Part shown: positions 58,795 through 64,000 of the stretch, one piece after another
Numbering within the stretch: the stretch's first letter is position 1
Layout: every line of letters begins with the position of its first letter
Source: Corallococcus coralloides DSM 2259
Lineage (GTDB): Bacteria > Myxococcota > Myxococcia > Myxococcales > Myxococcaceae
Direction of reading: 5' to 3'
Length of the DNA: 64,000 bases
Assembly: GCF_000255295.1 (NCBI RefSeq)
Contig: NC_017030.1
Location: forward strand, 6,358,328-6,422,327
Notes under the pieces: generated by a model
Databases searched by the model: none
Told to the model about the DNA's origin: nothing
The model's input: the letters and a program-made list of their open reading frames with translations, nothing else
Position numbers and translations under genes: made by a program

Positions 58795-60588
58795 TCAGTC
58801 CATGACCTTCGCGCCTTCGTACATGGCGTCGATGGTCTTGATGTACTTCTGGCTGGCGACCTTGCGCTTCACCTTGAGGGTGGGCGTGAGCTCACCGGAC
58901 TCCTGCGTGAAGTCCGCGTCCATGACGGCGATCTTCTTGATGCTGGAGTACGGGGGGATCTCCGCGTTCACCTTCTTGATGATCTCCTCGACGGCCGCCT
59001 TGATCTCCGGCCGCTGGGAGTTCTGCGCGTAGGTGCCCACCGCGATGCCCTTGTCCTCCAGCAGCTTGCGCGCCGGCTCCTCGGACACGGTGATCAGCGC
59101 CACCAGGAACGGCCGCTTGTCGCCGTACACCATGGCCTGGCTGATGAGCGGGAAGGTCTTGAGCGTGTTCTCGATGTTCTGGGGCGCCACGTTCTTGCCG
59201 CCCGCGGTGACGATGATGTCCTTCTTGCGGTCGGTGATGCGCAGGTAGTTGTCGGAGTCCAGCTCGCCGATGTCGCCGGTGTGGAACCAGCCGTCCGGCT
59301 CCAGCACCTCCGCGGTGGCGGCGGGGTTCTTGTAGTAGCCCTTCATGAGGCAGGGCCCCCGCACCATGATCTCCCCGTCCGCGGCGATCTTGATCTCCGT
59401 GCCGGGCATCGGAGGACCCACCGTCCCAATCTTGATCTTCTCCACCCGGTTGACGTTGCAGGGGGCGCTCGTCTCCGTGAGGCCGTAGCCCTCCAGCACC
59501 TTGTAGTCGAGCATGTCGAAGAAGTAGGCGATCTTCCGCGACAGGGGCGCGCCACCGGAGATGAAGATGCGCATGTTGCCGCCCAGCTTCTCGTCGAGCA
59601 CCTTGCGCACCTTGGAGAACACCAGCTTCTTCGCCAGGGCGAACGCGAGCGTGTTGTGCTCGCGGCCCTGCGAGCGCGCTTCGACGTACTCGTCGAACTG
59701 GCGGAACGCCCAGCGCGTCAGGCGGCCCTTCATGCCCGGCGCGGACGTGCCGTTGGCCACGACGTTGTTGTAGACCTTCTCGAACACGCGGGGCACCGAG
59801 GGGAGCACCGTCGGACGCGTCTCCGGCAGGTTCACCAGGAGCTTGTCCACCGACTCCGCGATGATCAGCCGGAAGCCCATGCTCAGCCACGCCGCCTTCA
59901 CCACCTGCGCGAAGACGTGCGCCAGCGGGAGGAACAGCATCACGGAGTCGTTGGGCACCATCAGGCTCATGGCCTGGGTGGCCTTCGCCTCGTAGGCCCA
60001 GTTGCCGTGCGTGAGGATCACGCCCTTCGGGTCACCCGTGGTGCCCGAGGTGTAGATGAGCAGGTTCGTGTCCTCCAGCTTCACCTCGCCCACCCGCCGC
60101 TCGAACGCCTCGCGGCTCGCGTCCGGGCCGCCCCTGGCGGAAGCGAGCATGTCCGCCAGCGTCATCTCCTTCTCGCCGCTGACCGGCCCCTCGAAGACGA
60201 CGATCTTCTGGAGCGAGGGAATCTCACCCAGCCGCGCGCGCACGCGGGACAGCCGGCCAATCTGCTTGGCATCCTTTTCATCGGAGTCGACGAGCAGCAG
60301 CTTCGTCTCCGAGTGGTTCAGGATGTAGCGACATTCCTCGGCGGTGTTCGACGCATAGATGGGCACCGTGACGGCCTGGGCCCCGCTGATGGCCAGGTCC
60401 GCGATGAGCCAGTTCAGGCTGGTGTTGGCGAAGATGGCCACCCGGTCCCCCGGCTGGACACCCTGCGCGATCAGCCCGGCGGACATGAGCATCACGTCCT
60501 CCAGCACCTGCGCGTAGGTGACGTCCTGCCAGCGGTCGTTCTTCTTGTGCGTCAACCCCACCTTGGAGGGGTTCTGGGCCAGTTTCAT
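58795..60588 (-). CDS. fadD: Long-chain fatty acid--CoA ligase
   Basis: YTSGTTGDPKGV, GYGLTETS, TGDIGELD, KxxRK. Start trimmed to MKLAQNPS so as not to overlap the upstream gene. Confidence 0.85.
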   Translation of the reverse strand: MKLAQNPSKVGLTHKKNDRWQDVTYAQVLEDVMLMSAGLIAQGVQPGDRVAIFANTSLNWLIADLAISGAQAVTVPIYASNTAEECRYILNHSETKLLLVDSDEKDAKQIGRLSRVRARLGEIPSLQKIVVFEGPVSGEKEMTLADMLASARGGPDASREAFERRVGEVKLEDTNLLIYTSGTTGDPKGVILTHGNWAYEAKATQAMSLMVPNDSVMLFLPLAHVFAQVVKAAWLSMGFRLIIAESVDKLLVNLPETRPTVLPSVPRVFEKVYNNVVANGTSAPGMKGRLTRWAFRQFDEYVEARSQGREHNTLAFALAKKLVFSKVRKVLDEKLGGNMRIFISGGAPLSRKIAYFFDMLDYKVLEGYGLTETSAPCNVNRVEKIKIGTVGPPMPGTEIKIAADGEIMVRGPCLMKGYYKNPAATAEVLEPDGWFHTGDIGELDSDNYLRITDRKKDIIVTAGGKNVAPQNIENTLKTFPLISQAMVYGDKRPFLVALITVSEEPARKLLEDKGIAVGTYAQNSQRPEIKAAVEEIIKKVNAEIPPYSSIKKIAVMDADFTQESGELTPTLKVKRKVASQKYIKTIDAMYEGAKVMD

Positions 60589-60659
60589 CAGCAACTGGAC
60601 GAGGTTCTGATCCTGCGCACTGCCCGTCGACGAAGCGGTAGTGACCTGGCTCTCTACCC

Positions 60660-61403
60660 TCACTTGAGTTCCTCCTGGATGTCGGCGTTCACCTTCGTGG
60701 CCCACTTCTGCACGCGCTGAGCTTCCGAGGCGTCATAGGTGGTGTTGCCCTTCAGGACCTTCTGGATTGCGTCGTTCGCGGCCTGGGCCTTGCCGTCCTT
60801 CAATAGTGTCTCGGCAAGGTAGTAATGGGCACGCAGAGATTCGGGGAACCTGGCGATCGCCTTGTTGTAGAACGTCGCGGACTTGCCCAGGTCCCGCTTG
60901 GGCCAGGGCAGCTCGTAGTAATAGCGCCCCTTCACCACCCAGGGGCCGCCGCGCTCGTAGGTCGCGTCGAGCTTGATCGCCGTCTCGAGTCGCTCGTTGA
61001 ACTTGCCCTCCAAGCCGTCACCCAGCGCCTTCATGATGCCAACAGCCTGGGAGTAGGCCCCAATGCCGCACGCGGCGTAGTAATAGCCCTCCACCCGCTG
61101 GGGCGAGAGCTTCGCCGCCTTGTCGCCCTGGTCCCAGGTCTGACGGCCGAGCACCATCTTCCGCTTCGGTTCGGTGGCGCCGTCCGCCTGCCACTGCAGG
61201 ATGCGCGCGGAACGCCAGACGAGCTCGAAGTCGTCTGGCGTCGCCTTCAGCTGCTCCTTGAGGAGGGCCTCCAGCGCGGTCACCGACGCAGGATCCGCGC
61301 GCTTGGCGTACAGCTCGTCTGCGGACGTCAGCACGCCTGGGTCGGCGGCCCAGGCGGATGATGTGATCATCAGCAGGGGAAGCGTGAGGAAAATCAAGCG
61401 CAT
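60660..61403 (-). CDS. Secreted TPR-like hypothetical protein
   Basis: Signal peptide MRLIFLTLPLLMITSSAWA. Helical-repeat composition. Confidence 0.6.
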   Translation of the reverse strand: MRLIFLTLPLLMITSSAWAADPGVLTSADELYAKRADPASVTALEALLKEQLKATPDDFELVWRSARILQWQADGATEPKRKMVLGRQTWDQGDKAAKLSPQRVEGYYYAACGIGAYSQAVGIMKALGDGLEGKFNERLETAIKLDATYERGGPWVVKGRYYYELPWPKRDLGKSATFYNKAIARFPESLRAHYYLAETLLKDGKAQAANDAIQKVLKGNTTYDASEAQRVQKWATKVNADIQEELK

Positions 61404-61502
61404 GCGCGGTCCTTAGCACGCACGCTCCCCCACCTTCAACCCGTGCCCCCGCTTACTGGCTCGTCTGTGAACGCATGGACGACATCCATGGATTCCGTGA
61501 TG

Positions 61503-61994
61503 TCAGGGTTTGGAGTCCCCGGGTGGCGGGGAGGAGGGAGGCAGCAGGACGGAAATGGGCACCTGGGTCGGCTGGAAGGTTCCGCTGCCCCGGGCGACCA
61601 GGACGTCGCCGTCGTTGAACATGTCTGCTTCAACGACGACCAGGTTCGGCGTGGCGCTGATGACGCGCGCCCGCACCTGGAGGTTGCCCTTGCGCACGGC
61701 CCGCACGATGTAGGTCGTGAAGCTCGTGGTGGCCAGGGCGAAGCGGTCCGCCAGGGAGTTCGCGGCGAACCACGCGGCCTCGTCCAGGCCCTTGAAGTAG
61801 GTGGAGCCGTGCACCATGTGCCCGCCGTTGAAGAACTGCTCCAGGACGGGCATCTCCAGCGACGCTTCCCCCTTGCGGACGACGAGGTCGCGAGGCTGGT
61901 AGAGCTTGTTGATGGGGGCCAGGGGAAGGATGCGCATCAGGGCGTCGTAGAACGCCTGGCGGTCCTCGGGAGCGGGGGAGGTCGTGGTCTGCAT
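61503..61994 (-). CDS. PaaI/YdiI-type hotdog thioesterase
   Basis: FFNGGHMVHGSTYFKGLDEAAWFAANS resembles the NxxGxxHGG hotdog motif. Confidence 0.6.
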   Translation of the reverse strand: MQTTTSPAPEDRQAFYDALMRILPLAPINKLYQPRDLVVRKGEASLEMPVLEQFFNGGHMVHGSTYFKGLDEAAWFAANSLADRFALATTSFTTYIVRAVRKGNLQVRARVISATPNLVVVEADMFNDGDVLVARGSGTFQPTQVPISVLLPPSSPPPGDSKP

Positions 61995-62013
61995 GGGGTT
62001 GGGTTCCCGGGGG

Positions 62014-63729
62014 TCAGGGCGTCAACTGCTCCAGCGAGCCTTCCAGGAACTTCGTCCGGCAGGCGTGCCGCTGGATCTTCCCGCTGGAGGTCTTGGGAAT
62101 CACGCCGGGAGGAATCAGCACCGCGGAGTGCAGCCGCACGCCGTGGTTGGCGGAGATGGCCTCGCGGATGTCCGCGATGACGGCCTGGAGATCGCCTCCC
62201 TGGTCGATGACCGCGCGTGAGATCTCCTGGACCAGCACCAGCTGCTCCTCGCCCGCGACGTCCACCGCGAAGGCGGCGCCACAGCCCGGCCGCACGGCCT
62301 TGGAGCTGCGCTCCACGGTCAGCTCGATGTCCTCCGGGTAGTGGTTGCGCCCCCGGATGATGATGACGTCCTTGAGGCGGCCGGTGATGAAGAGCTCGCC
62401 TCCGCGCAGGAAGCCCAGGTCGCCCGTCCGCAGGAAGCGCTCTTCCTGCGTGTCCGCCAGGACGCCGCCGAACGTCTTCTGCGTGGCCTCGGGCTGCTCC
62501 CAGTAGCCCCGGGCGACGCTCGGGCCGCGGACCCAGACCTCGCCCACCTGCTCCGGCGCGCAGGGCCGCGAGGTCTCCGGATCGACGATCAGCAGCTGCT
62601 GGTCCGGCGCGATGCTTCCGCACCCGATGAGCTCCCGGGCCCTCGGGTCCTCCGGCGGCAGGGGCGCCAGCTGCCTGCGCTCCAGGGCGTCGCGGGCCAC
62701 GCTGAACGAGACGGGGGCCGCCGCCTTGCGTCCGCCCGTGACGATGAGGGTCGCCTCGGCCAGCCCGTAGCACGGGTAGAAGGCCTCCAGCTTGAAGCCC
62801 TGCGGTCCGAAGACCTCCGCGAAGCGGCGCAGCACGTCCCCGCGGATGGGTTCGGCGCCGTTGAACGCCAGGCTCCAGGTGCTCAGGTCCAGCTGCTGGC
62901 GCTGCTCCGCGTTGATCCGGCGGATGCACAGCTCATAGGCGAAGTTGGGGCCGCCGCTGGTCGTCACCTTGTACTGGGAGATGGTCTGCAGCCAGATGGC
63001 CGGGCGCTGCAGGAAGTCCAACGGAGACATCAGGATGCAGGGCCTGCCCAGGAACAGGGGCTGGAGCACGTTCCCGATGAGTCCCATGTCGTGGTAGACG
63101 GGCAGCCATCCCGCGACGATGGTGCTCTCCCGGTCGTGCTGGAAGTACTCCTGGATCATCCGCTCGTTGTGCAGGAGGTTCTGGTGCGAAACCATGACCC
63201 CGCGCGGCTTGCCCGTGGAGCCCGACGTGTACTGGAGGAAGGCCAGGTGGTCGCCGGTCACGGCCTCCGCCCGCCAGGTGTCCGCGAGCCGGGTGAGCTC
63301 CATCGCGTCGGTGCTCAGCCACTGCATGGCGCTGAACTCAGGCACGTCCGCGACGAAGCCCGACATCATCTCCACCAGGAACTGGGTGCTCAGCGCGACG
63401 CGGGCGCCCGCGCTGCGCACGATCTCCCGGAGCCGGGGCACGTCCCGCTCCGCCCGGATGGGATAGGCAGGCACGCCGATGACGCCCGCGTAGAGACAGC
63501 CGAAGAAGGCGGAGATGAACTCCAGCCCGGGCGGGAACAACAGCAGGGCCCGGTCCCCGGGGACCAGGCGCTGCCGCAGCTCCGCCGCGACACCGCGGGC
63601 TTCGCGGTCCAGCTGCGCGAACGTCAGCCGGCTCTGCTCGGAGCCATCGCTGTTGACGAAGATGAATGCCAGGGCGTCGCCGGACTGCTGGGCCCGGTCC
63701 CGCAGGAGGTCCACCAGGTTCGAGTACAT
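62014..63729 (-). CDS. Fatty-acyl-AMP ligase (second FAAL paralogue)
   Basis: FLQYTSGSTGKPRGV, WLPVYHDMGLIG, FLRTGDLGF, SSGKIQR. Start at MYSNLVDLL (cat at 63727-63729). Confidence 0.8.
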   Translation of the reverse strand: MYSNLVDLLRDRAQQSGDALAFIFVNSDGSEQSRLTFAQLDREARGVAAELRQRLVPGDRALLLFPPGLEFISAFFGCLYAGVIGVPAYPIRAERDVPRLREIVRSAGARVALSTQFLVEMMSGFVADVPEFSAMQWLSTDAMELTRLADTWRAEAVTGDHLAFLQYTSGSTGKPRGVMVSHQNLLHNERMIQEYFQHDRESTIVAGWLPVYHDMGLIGNVLQPLFLGRPCILMSPLDFLQRPAIWLQTISQYKVTTSGGPNFAYELCIRRINAEQRQQLDLSTWSLAFNGAEPIRGDVLRRFAEVFGPQGFKLEAFYPCYGLAEATLIVTGGRKAAAPVSFSVARDALERRQLAPLPPEDPRARELIGCGSIAPDQQLLIVDPETSRPCAPEQVGEVWVRGPSVARGYWEQPEATQKTFGGVLADTQEERFLRTGDLGFLRGGELFITGRLKDVIIIRGRNHYPEDIELTVERSSKAVRPGCGAAFAVDVAGEEQLVLVQEISRAVIDQGGDLQAVIADIREAISANHGVRLHSAVLIPPGVIPKTSSGKIQRHACRTKFLEGSLEQLTP

Positions 63730-63734
63730 GGGTT

Positions 63735-64000
63735 TCACCGAGAGGTTGAGGTGTCCGACGGAGGCGCCTGATCCTTCTTCTGGAGCAGGGGGATCTCCTC
63801 GAAGTCGTCCGCGCGCTTGAGCAGCCGCGCCGCGTCCACCATGCCCTGCGGAGGCGCGCCCAGCTTGCGCTCGGCCACGTTGAGCCAGGCGCCGCGCAGC
63901 TCGTAGCGCGCGCACAGGGTCTCACCGCGCAGGAAGCGCTGGCGGAAGTGGTACCGCGAGGCGTCCGCGGACAGCCCCACCATCTCCAGCTCGATGCGGA
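63735..64000 (-). CDS. Partial gene (3' end) immediately upstream of FAAL-2, continuing beyond the window
   Basis: Open frame continues past 64000 (..RIELEMVGLSADASRYHF..). The stop lies 6 bp before the FAAL-2 start. Function not assignable. Confidence 0.35.
   Translation of the reverse strand, partial: RIELEMVGLSADASRYHFRQRFLRGETLCARYELRGAWLNVAERKLGAPPQGMVDAARLLKRADDFEEIPLLQKKDQAPPSDTSTSR

Overview
This is a high-GC (about 70%) chromosomal segment that looks myxobacterial (Myxococcus/Corallococcus-like), densely coding on both strands. I support about 55 genes. Most of the long ORFs in the six-frame track are antisense artefacts of the high GC content. Housekeeping genes are dprA (partial, not in the track), cpoB/ybgF, pgeF, htrA, ilvE, nfo, nrnA-like DHH, a cysteine desulfurase, tyrS, rlmE, tatA, a 5-formyl-THF cyclo-ligase with a probable 6S RNA (ssrS) just upstream, and an acyl-CoA dehydrogenase. 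The accessory content is more unusual. (1) A divergent glucan cluster: a GT4 glycosyltransferase with a ~540-aa Pro/Ala/Glu-rich repeat tail, facing a DUF4912 protein that carries about 22 tandem 14-aa 'GASDQRY' repeats, followed by a GH57 branching enzyme. (2) A 1535-aa FrzS/AglZ-family pseudo-receiver plus giant coiled-coil protein with internal 60-bp tandem repeats. (3) A GGDEF/GAF/HAMP cyclase whose periplasmic loop carries a CxxCH motif. (4) Two MoxR-like AAA+ ATPases around ilvE, and a third AAA+ ATPase followed by a Fic-fold protein with a degenerate catalytic motif. (5) A signal-peptide EndoU/XendoU-like nuclease lying convergent with a 2022-aa alpha-2-macroglobulin. (6) An RND efflux operon (adaptor, permease, MarR). 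(7) A lipid-tailoring cluster on the minus strand: two fatty-acyl-AMP ligases, an ACP-like protein, a diiron desaturase-like enzyme, AcpS, hotdog thioesterases, an alpha/beta-hydrolase, a family III CoA-transferase, an SCP2 protein and a long-chain acyl-CoA synthetase. No CRISPR array, rRNA, tRNA or obvious mobile element was seen.
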